Assembly (NCBI RefSeq): GCF_963921235.1
Contig: NC_086109.1
Span: 34,660,001 to 34,724,000 of the forward strand
DNA from: Mobula hypostoma
Taxonomy: Eukaryota
Direction: 5' to 3'
DNA length: 64,000 nt
Positions 52,455-64,000 of the stretch are shown in pieces. The notes below the pieces were generated by a model, which worked only from the letters and a program-made list of their open reading frames with translations, did not search any database and was not told the DNA's origin. Numbering within the stretch: position 1 is the first letter of the stretch; the number at the start of each line of letters is the position of its first letter. A program made the position numbers and the translations under genes.

Positions 52455-52790
52455 ATGGAGTCTTATACCACTGAAAAAGATCCTTTAGCCTGTGGAGTCC
52501 ACATTGACTGTCAACAACCCATTTGCAGTAATTTGACATTAGTTTTCTCCCCCTCTCCCCCAACATTACCATCAACTGTCCTCAGATTCTACCACTCACT
52601 TACTCACTGGGGACAATTTACAGTCGTCATTTAACCTCCCAATCCACATGTCTCTATGATGTGGGAGCAGCACCCAGTCACTGCACAATTGTCGGAAGAA
52701 CAACAGCACCTGGAATAACGGTCAGGATTGAATCTGGATCTCTGGTGCTCTGAAATGGCAGCTGTACCAATTACATCATTGTGCTACACA
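52455..52790 (-). mobile_element. CORE-type SINE, degenerate
   Basis: GGGACAATTTACAGT...GTCAGGATTGAATCTGGATCTCTGGTGCT (reverse B-box region). Confidence 0.55.
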
Positions 52791-53851
52791 CAGGTACGTT
52801 CACATCTCAGCAAGCATAGTCACAATAGTCGGACACAAGTGTTAGGTTCTTACAGAAAGACAGGCTGTCTAATGCGCTGAATGTGCAAGGAAAAAACCAA
52901 CATCATTTTAGGATTTCATTTTTATTTCAAAAGGTTCTCTTGCATACTTGTTTGAGGAAAGATAAAAGAAGGTTGAATTGAATGTTTCAGGCTGGTAAAC
53001 AGAAAATGAATAAAATACTTCGTATAGAAATACATTTCGTGAAGAATAGTTAAATTATGCATCGAGCATAAAGTAGAATAATGGGACACATTTTATCCAG
53101 CTGATAGCTAATGTACAAAATTATTGGAAATCAAGTAACTGAGCAGAAATATAAGGCTCTAGTTGGCACTAATCAGTGTGAGTCATTCCAGCATTGACAC
53201 AGACAGTTCTTCAGAAGACGCCTGCTTTACTATTGAACTGAATAGTAAATGGTCAACTGGGAATATGCTTCATACGTGTTACAAATCCAAGCACCACTTG
53301 GAATACTTCGGGGATTTCAAAGTCACTTTCAGCTGTCTTTGCTCACAGCATGAAGAAGTAATTGGAAGTAGCTGTAACAAAATTGCACTATTGGTGTTTA
53401 TGTATTTTGTTACCTATTGCTTCTGACCAACTAAAGTCCCATTATAACAGCTAAAGCGTGTGAATAAGAGAATGCACATCAGTACAATAGTGTTTTCACT
53501 CAAACTATTTGCAATTTTAAGAAGTAGGGCTTTGAGGAGTAAGTTGTAAGTGTATTCCTTATAGCCTTTAAGTAAATCTCACATATGGTAATCAAGTCTA
53601 GCGCCTTTTTAATGGGTATTCTTGCAGATAAAATGGGATGTAGATTCTTGTAAATAAGCTATTTTGGAGCTGCATCCATTGTACTTCAAAGTCCAAAGTA
53701 AATTTAATATCAAAGTACATACAGTATATATCATCATATACTACATTGCAGACTTTCATTTTCTTGCACACATTCACAGTAGAACAGAGAAATACAATAG
53801 ACTCAATGAATTAATGAAAAATTACACACAAAGACTGACTTGCTTGCTACA

Positions 53852-55860
53852 TACACCTGTTAGGGTGCATTCTCCAGTTACCTTATAAGGTAACCGTAGC
53901 CTTCAGCCAGGAGCAGCCTTCCCAACCTTCACTGAGTGTTTCGACCCTTAACCACGACACTCTCCAGTTGGTGGGCCGGCAGTGGTGGCCAAATCACTGC
54001 CCATCTGCTCCTGGCTTCCACCTCCCCTCCTCTCGCTTACTCCAAATCCAACAAGAAGCTCGTTCTGCCTCTTCCCCAATCTTGTTTTTTGCTCCTTTCG
54101 TCCAGGCCCAGATCTGACAACAACCACCATGCTGATTTGGCTGGGAAACCTCTGCAGCCGATCTCCCACAGGGAACAACCATGCCTGCCATCCCTTGTCT
54201 TTACACTCCTGCACTAAGGGCTGGTACTTCAAGGCCTTTCTTTCGTGGGCCTCTTCCCATCCCTCCTCCCACGGCACAGTCAGCTCAACCAAAATTATTT
54301 TCTTGTCTTCGGTTGACCACAGTACAATGTTCGGGCGTAGGGTTATGTGCACCACATTTGGAAACTGCAACCTCCTTCCCGCATCAACCCTCATCTCCCA
54401 GGACCTGGACATCAGCAGCAGATTGGGCTCTTGTTGTTTCATTATGAAAGGCTTAGCTCCCTCTTTGATGAAGGTGATGGCCTTCCTCAAATCTGTGCCA
54501 ACCATCCTCTTCTTGCATCTCTCTCCCTCTAGTGTGTCAGCGAGAGCCAGAAGCATCTTATCATGGCGCCACCTATACAGTCCTCGAGTTAGAGCTGTTT
54601 TACACCCGGACAGTATATGAGCCAGTGTCCCCTCTTGACCACAGAGCTTACAGTTCGGGTCCTCTCTCATCCCCCATATGTACAGATGTAATGGTGAAGG
54701 AAGGGTGTCATACAGGGATCACAAGAGGAAGGAAATACGGAAGGGCTCCAGTCTCCATAACTCTGCCCATGAGATCTTGTGCTTAGGCAGATCCCATTTT
54801 GTCCAGGCAGTCTGCCTTTGTTCCACTGCCTTTGACATCCGCTTCTCTTCCTCACGGATCCGTACTTCTGCCTGTATCATGTCTCGCCTGTTCCTTATGC
54901 TTGTGTTTCCCCACTGCTGGAAGTGAACTGAGCCGAGGCCTTGCCGCCCAATGCAGGAGTTGCCGATGATATCTTGCAGCTGCAGAGAACACACTGCCTT
55001 CTCCACAGCTGTGTTGGCTGCCCACTTGCGCCTGGATCTGGTTGTAACGCCTGCTTGCTTTACCAAGACGCCATTGGAATCTCTCAAGCTTATAAGGCTC
55101 TGCATTTTGCCACCTTGAATTCCTCCACAACAGATGACAGGGGAAGCTGCAGTTGCCCAGAACGAACGTAGAGGCCCACTGAAGAGAAGCTTGGGAGGAC
55201 TGCCAACCATCTCCACAGGTGATAGTTCAGTTTCCTCTCGATGCTCTCTACAGCAGTCACAGGGAACTCATAAAGTGTGAGGAGCCAGAGGAGCCTGGGC
55301 AGAATGTCGTACTGGTACAGCCAGATCTTGAATGTACCCGGAAGTCCGGATTTGTCGATCGTCTTCAGCCATTCCTCTGTCTGCTTCACAGCATTGGTGA
55401 CATTGGCCCCATCTATCAGTGACACATTAAACCACTTCCCCAAGCATTTTACCGGCTTATCTTCAATGGAAGGGATGACCTCACCCTGAACCTGGAGGCT
55501 AAACTTGCTAGTAACTTTACCCTTTCTGATCACCATGCACTTCAACTTCTTGGCATTGGAGGACATCCTCGCCCAAGTGGCTACATTACCCAGGGTTTCC
55601 AATGCCCATCTTGCTTAGACATGTGACACAGTTGTTATAGTGATGTCGTCCATGAACCCTCGTAGAGCTGGCGGAACAATGCCCGACTCCAGCGTTGGGC
55701 CGCGAGTTACATCTTCTGCTGCTGATAATAGGAGGTTCATTCCATAATAAGTAGGATGGGGGAGATGGTGCACCCTGTTGGAATTCCCTTCTGGGGGTCC
55801 TGCCAACTAGTTGTGAAATGGGCTGATGTAAATCTGAGTTTGAATCCTCCTAGAATCCCT
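53852..55860 (-). mobile_element. R2-Hero-type non-LTR retrotransposon (RT, zinc knuckle, restriction-like endonuclease), frameshifted
   Basis: KGIPTGCTISPIL, GFMDDITI, CLGKWF, CKLCGQEGTLAHILSGC, WRHD and RPNIVLW...ELTVPWEE...ERKALKY (PD-D/ExK-type nuclease). Confidence 0.9.
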
Positions 55861-56479
55861 TTTGCAATTGTGTAAAAAAAGGGAGAAACTCTGCAATCAA
55901 TCAATAAATAAATGGACAAGTAACCCTGAGGTCGTCAGTTCTAGAGTCTTTGAAAGTGGCTGGGAGTCCTGTTACCTTTCTATTAAAAACAAGTTGAGTC
56001 TGCTGACTCTCACACTCACACTATTGTTTGCAGGTTTGAGAAGGGAGACTCGGAATCCACAATGGCCTTCAGAACATGGGCTTTGGTGAGGATTGAGATC
56101 TTGAGAGTAGCACCCGTGAAGTATCTTAACACTATATTTTGGTTGGAAAGCCATAGGTGGGGAATTGGGCTAAGTCTTTTTGGAAGCACTTACGGTATTC
56201 GAGAGGGTGAGCTGCTCGGTCAAGTGGAATACCCGTCCTGCCCCTGGAGGAGATAATGGATGCTCTGAGCATTCCAGCTGATCACGTGGGCAGGAGCTGT
56301 CTCCAACTGCAGTGACTTGACCTCTGTCTTTAGAGGCTCGAACTGCAGGGGCAGCACTGTTGGGCATCTGGGTGGCTGAGAGCCTTGTTGTTAGTGTGTC
56401 TGTGGTAGTCACGCTGCAGCTTAAATACCTGTAGGCAGGTAGTGCGTGAATTCGCCCTCTAGTAGGATGCTACTGAGGA

Positions 56480-58680
56480 GATTATTCTTTGGAGGAGTAT
56501 GGTCAGAGCCAGATATGTGGTACCAGGGTGGTTTAACTGTATGAGACAGAAGGAAGAAGAGTGAGAGAGCAATAATGTTCAGAGTTTCAATAGTCAGAGA
56601 GCCAGAATGGCACTGAAGGGCTGCAGAAGATTCTGAAAGAGGAGGGTGAACAGCTGGATGTAATGTCCCTTATGTTCCCAATGATACAGGTAGAAAAAGG
56701 GATGAGGTCCTGCTGATGAGATTTACGAAGTTAGGAAGTTAAGTGCGGTGCTATGTGCCACCAATAAAGGAAAGTGGAAGAAATGAGTGTGTGGCCGGAA
56801 AGATGATGCAGGAGGAACAGCACTTGATTACAAGGCACAGGAATTGTTCCTGTTTCAGGTGTGGTTTGTACAATTGGGACGGTTTGCTCCTCAGTAGAGT
56901 TGGGACCAATAGCTGTTTGGCAGACAAGGGATTTCAGGGAAGGGAAGAACAAAGCAGAAGGGGAGGGTTAGAGCAGTAGTGAGTAAACTAAGTGAGTCTG
57001 AACCAGCCGATCAGCAAAAGGAAGGTCAAAGTACAGAGAACTTGTAGAATTGCATGCATCTGAATGCTTACAGCTTTTACAATAAGGTAACTGAACTAAT
57101 GCCACAAATAGAAGGACATTGCTGTGATCTTGTTGCATTATGGAAATGTGGTTGCATGGTGACCAAAGCTGGAAATAAATATTCTAAGGTATTTGACATT
57201 TTGGAAAGATAGGAACTAAGAAAAAGGGAGCATTAATAAATCAATGCAGTGGTGACAAATGATTTTGACTTAACAGATCATAACAAATGACCAGAATCAA
57301 TTTTTGTAAAGCTAAGAAATGACTAAGGGCAGAAACCATTGGGAGAATTATTTATAGTTGACCAAATGGTAGCTTCAATACTGAGCGCACCTTAAAAAAG
57401 GAAATTAGAGCTATTCCTGTATTATATGGGAGTGTATAACCTATCTAATAAATAAAACATCATATTTGCTGTTTTAAGATGAAAAGTCAGTTTCTGGAAT
57501 GCATGCATATTTTTCTGGTTCAATATTTTGAGAAATTTACTACGAAAAAGGCATTTTTTGCTCTTAGCTTTGATGCTGAGAAAGGGATTAATTGATAACC
57601 TTGTTGCCAAAAGGCCCCTGGGAAGAGTGACCATAATTTGACAGAATTTGATGTTGATCTGCATCATTTTGAAACTCAATGAAAGATCATTATCTTCAAT
57701 TTAAAGAAAGGGAAGATACAAGCATGGGAGAGGGAAAGAGAGATAGCCAGGGGTTTAAAGGCAGAAAAAGTTGAAATGAATGATTTTGGAATGATAGAGT
57801 TTAAAGGAATGATACAGAAGTTACAAGAAGTATATATTCCTTTACGGAACATTAACCCAATAAGCTGTTCATCTGTTTCTGACAAGAGATATTAAAAGTA
57901 GCATTAAATACAAGGAAGAAGCATATGAAGTTGTCAGAATTAATAGTAGGCCTGAGGCCCGGGAACATTTTATATCTCAACAATGGGAAAACAGAAATTG
58001 ATAGAGAAAGGGATGACAAAATATGAGAGTAGACCAAGAAACGTAAAAATAGACCTTTAGAGTTTGTTTTGGTATATAAAACTGAAAGGACTAGTCAAGG
58101 AATGTGTGGCCCTTTACAGATAGAGACAGGACAACTTCAAATGGGGAATAAAGAAACGTCAGAGGAATCAAAAAATTACTTTGCATCTGTCTTCAGGGAT
58201 GAAGCAAAGATATAATAGGACAAAAATGTCTGGGAAGAATGAGGAACAAAATAATATAAGTATTGATCAAAAAATAGTACCAGAGAAATTGGAAAATTTG
58301 CAAGCTGATAAATCTCAGGGACATAATGATTACATCGCTGAATTTTGACGGAGGTGGCTTTAGAGATAATGGATGCTTTGGTTATTATCTATTTTTATCG
58401 ATTTTGGAATAATTGGAAGTGTATAGAACATTGCTGAGACTACATCCATGGTGTTTTGTGAAATTTGTTTTCTAAAGTGAAAGTGCAGTCTGCACTTGCT
58501 GAGCTGGCTTCAGCGATGGCAGCTTGACTTTTTGTGGAGAGGTTGAGTAGAGCAGGTCTGTACTCTCCAGAGTTTACGAAAAAGATCTGTTGAAATGTGC
58601 AGAATATTTTAAAGGCTTGGCTGTCTAGAAAAAGGGGAATTTTCTCACTGGTAATAGATTTGAGGAATAAGGTGCCTAAT
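56480..58680 (+). mobile_element. Old degraded CR1 LINE
   Basis: ORF1 esterase-like remnant near 56640-56730, endonuclease-like remnant at 57050-57400, and ORF2 pieces to about 58400. Confidence 0.65.
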
Positions 58681-58719
58681 TTAAGTTCAAATTTCTAAGT
58701 TCAATATGATGTGTTTCCT

Positions 58720-59417
58720 ATTGGGCAACCATTTTAATTTCTATTTCCATTCCTGTTCCAACATGGCCTCCTCTTTTGCCACGATGAGGCCACTCTGAGG
58801 TAGAGGAGCAACACCTCATTTTCTGCCTAGGTAGCCTCCAGCCTGATGGCATGAATATTGATTTCTCCTTCCAGAGAAAATTATTTTGCACCCCCCCGCA
58901 TCTTCTTCTGTTCCCCGCCCTGGCCTCTTACCTTTTCTCCTGCCTATCACCTCCCCCTCTTGCCCCTCCTTCTTTCCTTTCTCCCATGGTACACTCTCCT
59001 CTCCGATCAAATTCCTTCTCCAGCTTTTACCTTTCCTACCCACCTGGCTTCACCCGTCACCTTCCTGATACCCTCCTTCCTCTCCTCCCACCTTTTTATT
59101 CTGGCATCTTCCCCCTTCCTTCCCATGAAGGAGGGCTTTGGTCAAGGGTTTATTAATTTCAATAGATGCTCCCTGACCCGGTGATTTCCTCCAGCATTTT
59201 GATTGTGTTGCTTGGATTTCCAGCATCTGCTGATTTTTTCTTATTTGTGAACTTCCCTCCACACACCTTCTTACCCTAACTCCTCATCTTATTCTGTCCA
59301 GTCCCGATGAAGGGTCACTGCCTGAAACGTCAACTGTACTCTTCCTGGCTTGGTGAGTTCCTCCAGCATTCTGTGTGTGTTGTTTGGATTTTCAGCATCT
59401 ACAGATTTTCTCTTGCT
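58720..59417 (+). mobile_element. Penelope-like fragment followed by a second 3' repeat (hammerhead-like motif at 59299-59336)
   Basis: GATGAGGCCACTCTGAGGTAGAGGAGCAACACC...CCTGATGGCATGAATATTG; two successive tails at about 59160-59245 and 59330-59417. Confidence 0.85.
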
Positions 59418-59927
59418 TCAAATAAAAAAAATGTTTTTTTTTTACAAAGCAGGTGAAAAAGACCAACTAGGCTATTCCTAGTCACATTATTTTTTTCAAT
59501 ATACAAACGTGAGCATGCCAGTTTGCCTTACTCATCTATCTTTGTGATTTGGTTAATTGAATAGAGTGAATCAATAAAGGAAACATAAGGTTCTCCATGA
59601 TAATGTTCTTCAGGAGAAAGTTCTTCTACTGCTCCAACTTACAACTAATAGTTTATTGGTTGTTTGTGTAAAGCATGTTGACACAGAAATGTCGCAATGC
59701 AGGCTTCATTTCAGGCTGCAAACAGGATTCACTCTGGTAAGTACAAAGTTGATGGTCATTACTAGCCGGAAGAACGCAAGATATAAATTTCTTCCCCTAG
59801 TTTTCTGGAGTAATTAATTGTACAAAACACTTTTTGGTGCTGTAAATGATTCCCTTCGCTGTAGACAATCCATTGAAAGGAAATCAAAGTATTGATTTAA
59901 TTAATCTAATTAACTTAGAAGTAGGTA

Positions 59928-62900
59928 ATGGAGGCAGCAGTTAGGGCAGTCGAGTGCTCCGTTTGCAGTGTGTGGGAAGTCAGGGCGAGCACAATTGTCC
60001 CTGACGACTACACCTGTAAAAGGTGCATCCAGCTGCAGCTCTTGACAAACCGAGTTAGGGAACTGGAGCTGGAGCTGGATGAACTTCGGATGATTCGTGA
60101 GGCAGAGGCAGAAATAGACAGGAGTTTCAGGGAGATAGTCACCCCTAAAAGTCAGGAGACAGGTAGCTAGGTGACTGTCAGGAGAGGGAAGGGGAATCGA
60201 CAGAATGAGCAGAGCACCCTTGTGGCCGTTCCCATCAATAATACGTACATTATTTTGGATACTGTTGGTGGTGACAACCTACCAGGGACAAGTTGCAGTG
60301 GTGACATCTCTGGCAGCGAGACTGGACTCTCAGCTCAGAAGGGAAGGAAGAAAAAGAGGAGAGCAGGACTGATAGGGGATTCGATAGTTAGGGGGACAGA
60401 TAAGAGGTTCTGTGGGAGAGATCAAGAATCCTAGATGGTCTGTTGCCTACCTGGTGCCAGGGTCTGTGATATCTTGGATCGAGTTCTCAGTATTCTCAAG
60501 AGGGAGGGTGAGCAGCCAGATGTTGTGGTCCATGTAGGGATCAATGATGTGGATAAGAAGAAGGAGAAGGTCCTGCAAAGAGAGTTTAGGGAATTCGATG
60601 CAAAGTTGAAGGACAGGACCTCCAGGGTTGCATTCTCAGGATTGTTACCCTTGCCACGTGCTAGTGGGCTAGAAATAGGAAGATCATGCAGCTAAAAATG
60701 TGGCTAAGGAGTTGGTGCAGGAGGGAGGGCTTCATGATCTGGACAATTGGGCCTTGTTCCAGGGAAAGTGGGACCTATTCCAACGGGACGAGGTGCAGCT
60801 GAACTAGAGGGAGACTAACATCCTTGCAGGAAGGTTTGCTAGTGCTGCTCTGGGAGTTTTAAACGAAATTTGTAGGGGGAGGGGAACCAGGATGTTAGAG
60901 CAGATAGTGAGGTGGCGGAGGATAAAAGTCATGCGAGAACTGAAAGTAGAGTGCATGGAGTAAAGCCAGATCCAACATATAAAGAGGCTTTAAGGAAAGA
61001 GAAACAGAATAAAGGGTGTAAAGGTAGTAAGGTAGAAGGGCTAAAGTGTGTGTACTTCAGTGCAAGAAGTATCAGGAACAAAGGTGATGAACTGAGAGCT
61101 TGGATACATACATGGAATTATGATGTAGTGGCCATTACAGAGACTTGGCTGGCACCGGGCAGGAATGGATTCTCAGTATTCCTGGATTTCAGTGCTTTAA
61201 AAGGGATAGAGAGGGCGGAAAAAGGAGAGGAGGGGTGGCATTACTGGTCAGGGATACTATTACAGCTACAGAAAGGGTGGGTAATGTAGCAGGATCCTCT
61301 TTTGAGTCAGTATGGGTGGAAGTCAGGAACAGGAAGGGAGCAGTTACTCTACTGGGGGTATTCTATAGGCCCCCTGGTAGCAGAAGAGATACCGAGGAGC
61401 AGATTTTGGAAAGATGCAAAAATAACAGGGTTGTTATCATGGTTGACTTTAACTTCCCTCATATTGATTGGTACTTGATTACTTCCAATGGTTTAGATGG
61501 GGCAAGGTTTGTTAAGTGTGTCCAGGATGGATTCCTGTCACAGTATGTGGACAGGCCAACTAGGGGGAATGCCATACTAGATCTAGTACTAGGTAACGAA
61601 CCGGGTCAGGTCACAGATCTCTCAGTGGCTGAGCATCTGGGAGACAGTGACCACCGCTCCCCGGACTTTACCATTATCATGGAAAAGGATAGATCAGAGA
61701 GGACAGGAAAATTTTTAATTGGGGAAGGGCAAATTATGAGGCTATAAGGCTAGAACTTACGGGTGTGAATTGGGATGATGTGTTTGCAGGGAAATCTACT
61801 ATGGACATGTGGTCAATGTTTAGGGATCTCTTGCAGGATGTTAGGGATAAATTTGTTCCAGTGAGGAAGATAAAGAATGGTAGGGTGAAGGAACCATGGG
61901 TGACGTGAGGTGGAAAATCTAGTCAGGTGGAAGAAGGTAGCATACATGAGGTTTAGGAAGCAATGATCAGATGGGTCTATTGAGGAATATAGGGAAGCAA
62001 GAAAGGAGCTTAAGAAGGGGCTGAGAAGAGCAAGAAGGGGGCATGAGAAGGCCTTGGCGAGTAGGGTAAAGGAAAACCCCAAGGCATTCTTCAATTATGT
62101 GAAGAACAAAGGATGACAGGAGTGAAGGTAGAACCGATTAGAGATAAAGGCGGGAAGATGTGCCTGGAGGCTGTGGAAGTGACCGAGGTCCTCAATGAGT
62201 ACTTCTCTTTGGTATTCACCAATGAGAGGGAACTTGACGGTGAGGACAATATGAGTGAGGTTGATGTTCTGGAGCATGTTGATATTGAGGAAGAGGAGGT
62301 GTTGGAGTTGTTAAGATACATTAGGATGGATAGGTCCCTGGTGGAATATTCCCCAGCTGCTCCATGAGGCGAGGGAAGAGATTGCTGAGCCTCTGGCTAG
62401 GATCTTTATGTCCTCGTTGTCCATGGGAATGGTATCGGAGGATTGGAGGGAGGCGAATGTTGTCCCCTTGTTCAAAAAGGTAGTAGGGATAGTCCGGGTA
62501 ATTATAGACCAGTGAGCCTTACGTCTGTGGTGGGAAAGCTGTTGGAAAAGATTCTTAGAGGTAGGATCTATGGGCATTTAGAGAATCATGGTCTGATCAG
62601 GCACTGTCAGCATGGCTTTGTGAAGAGCAGATCGTGTCTAACAAGCCTGATCGAGTTCTTTGAGGAGGTGAACAGACATATAGATGTCGGTAGTGTAGTG
62701 GATGTGATCTACATGGATTTTAGCAAGGCATTTGACAAGGTTCCACACGGTAGGCTTATTCAGAAAGTCAGAAGGCATGGGATCCAGGGAAGTTTGGCCA
62801 GGTGGATTCAGAATTGGCTTGCCTGCAGAAAGCAGAGGGTCGTGGTGGAGGGAGTACATTCAGATTGGAGGGTTGTGACTAGTGGTGTCCCACAAGGATT

Positions 62901-63876
62901 GGTTCTGGGACATCTACGATTCGTGATTTTTATTAATGACCTGGATGTGGGGGTAGAAGGGTGGGTTGGCAAGTTTGCAGATGACACAAAAATTGGTGGT
63001 GTTGTAGATAGTGTGGAGGATTGTTGAATATTGCAGAGAGACATTTATAAGATGCAGAAGTGGGCTGAGAAGTGGCAGATGGAGTTCAACCCAGAGAAGT
63101 GTGAGGTGGTATACTTTGGAAGGACAAACTCCAAGGCAGAGTACAAAGTAAATGGCAGGATACTTGGTAGTGTAGAGGAGCAGAGGGATCTGGGGTACAT
63201 GTCGACAGATCCCTGAAAGTTGCCTCACAGGTAGATAGGGTAGTTAAGAAAGTTTATGGAGTGTTAGCTTTCATAAGTCGAGGGATAGAGTTTAAGAGTC
63301 GTGAGGCAATGATGCAGCTCTATAAAACTCTGGTTAGGCCACACTTGGAGTACTGTGTCCAATTCTGGTCGCCTCACTATAGGAAGGATGTGGAAGCATT
63401 GGAAAGGGTACAGAGGAGATTTACCAGGATGCTGCCTGGTTTAGAGAGTATGCATTATGATCAGAGATTAAGGGAGCTAGGGCTTTACTCTTTGGAGAGA
63501 AGGAGGATGAGAGGAGACATGATAGAGGTATACAAGATATTAAGAGGAATAGATAGAGTGGACAGCCAGCGCCTCTTCTCCAGTGCACCATTGCTCAATA
63601 CAAGAGGACATAGCTTCAGGTGAGGGGTGGGAAGTTCAAAGAGGATATTAGAGGAAGGTTTTTCACTCAGAGAGTGGCTGGTGTGTGGAATGCACGGCCT
63701 GAGGCAGTGGTGGAGGCAGATACACTAGTGAAATTAAAAGACTACTAGATAGGTATATGGAGGAATTTAAGGTGGGTGTTATATGCGAGGCAGGGTTTAA
63801 GGGTCGGCACAACATTTTGGGCTGAAGGGCCTGTACTGTGCTGTACTATTCTATGTTCTATGTTCTATGTTTTATG
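59928..63876 (+). mobile_element. Near full-length CR1 LINE (ORF1 and ORF2 disrupted)
   Basis: ORF1 has CxxC...CxxC, a leucine coiled coil and SGNH esterase motifs (LIGDSIVRG, CLPGA, VVVHVGIND), with in-frame TAG stops at 60168 and 60432. ORF2 has APE motifs (VAITETWL, GDSDH) and RT motifs ([27 protein letters not shown]). (TTCTATG)n tail. Confidence 0.96.
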
Positions 63877-64000
63877 AAATGCTTTGGCCTTTGTGCTCAG
63901 GGTTGAAGTAGAGTTAGTGATGTTTTGATATACAGAGAACAATCTTTAACTGTAATATTTGTACAAATATTTTGCTGTTATTCAATAAAATTCTATGCTA

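Noticed and set aside
53982..54620. 212-aa plus-strand ORF
   Set aside because: It is the antisense shadow of the Hero endonuclease region.

Overview
This 64 kb window is eukaryotic, AT-rich and dominated by transposable elements; no complete host gene is recognisable. The repeat content (CR1 LINEs, Rex1/Babar LINEs, Penelope-like elements, an R2-Hero-type element, CORE-type SINEs, hAT and Tc1 derivatives, a solo LTR) fits intronic or intergenic DNA of a vertebrate, probably a cartilaginous fish (inference). Nearly all ORFs in the track are TE remnants or chance ORFs. The strongest signal is a young Penelope-like (GIY-YIG) family whose 3' repeat carries a minimal hammerhead ribozyme. Five insertions of it have clean target-site duplications (TSDs). 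Three are head-to-head inverted structures, including a 2.4 kb palindrome, and in all three one arm ends about 40 nt short of the other. In two of them the inversion junction lies within 0-3 nt of the predicted ribozyme cleavage site. A second theme is DNA transposons whose ends are self-contained mini inverted-repeat units; one such unit also occurs alone. All coordinates were read by eye, and boundaries of old repeats are approximate.
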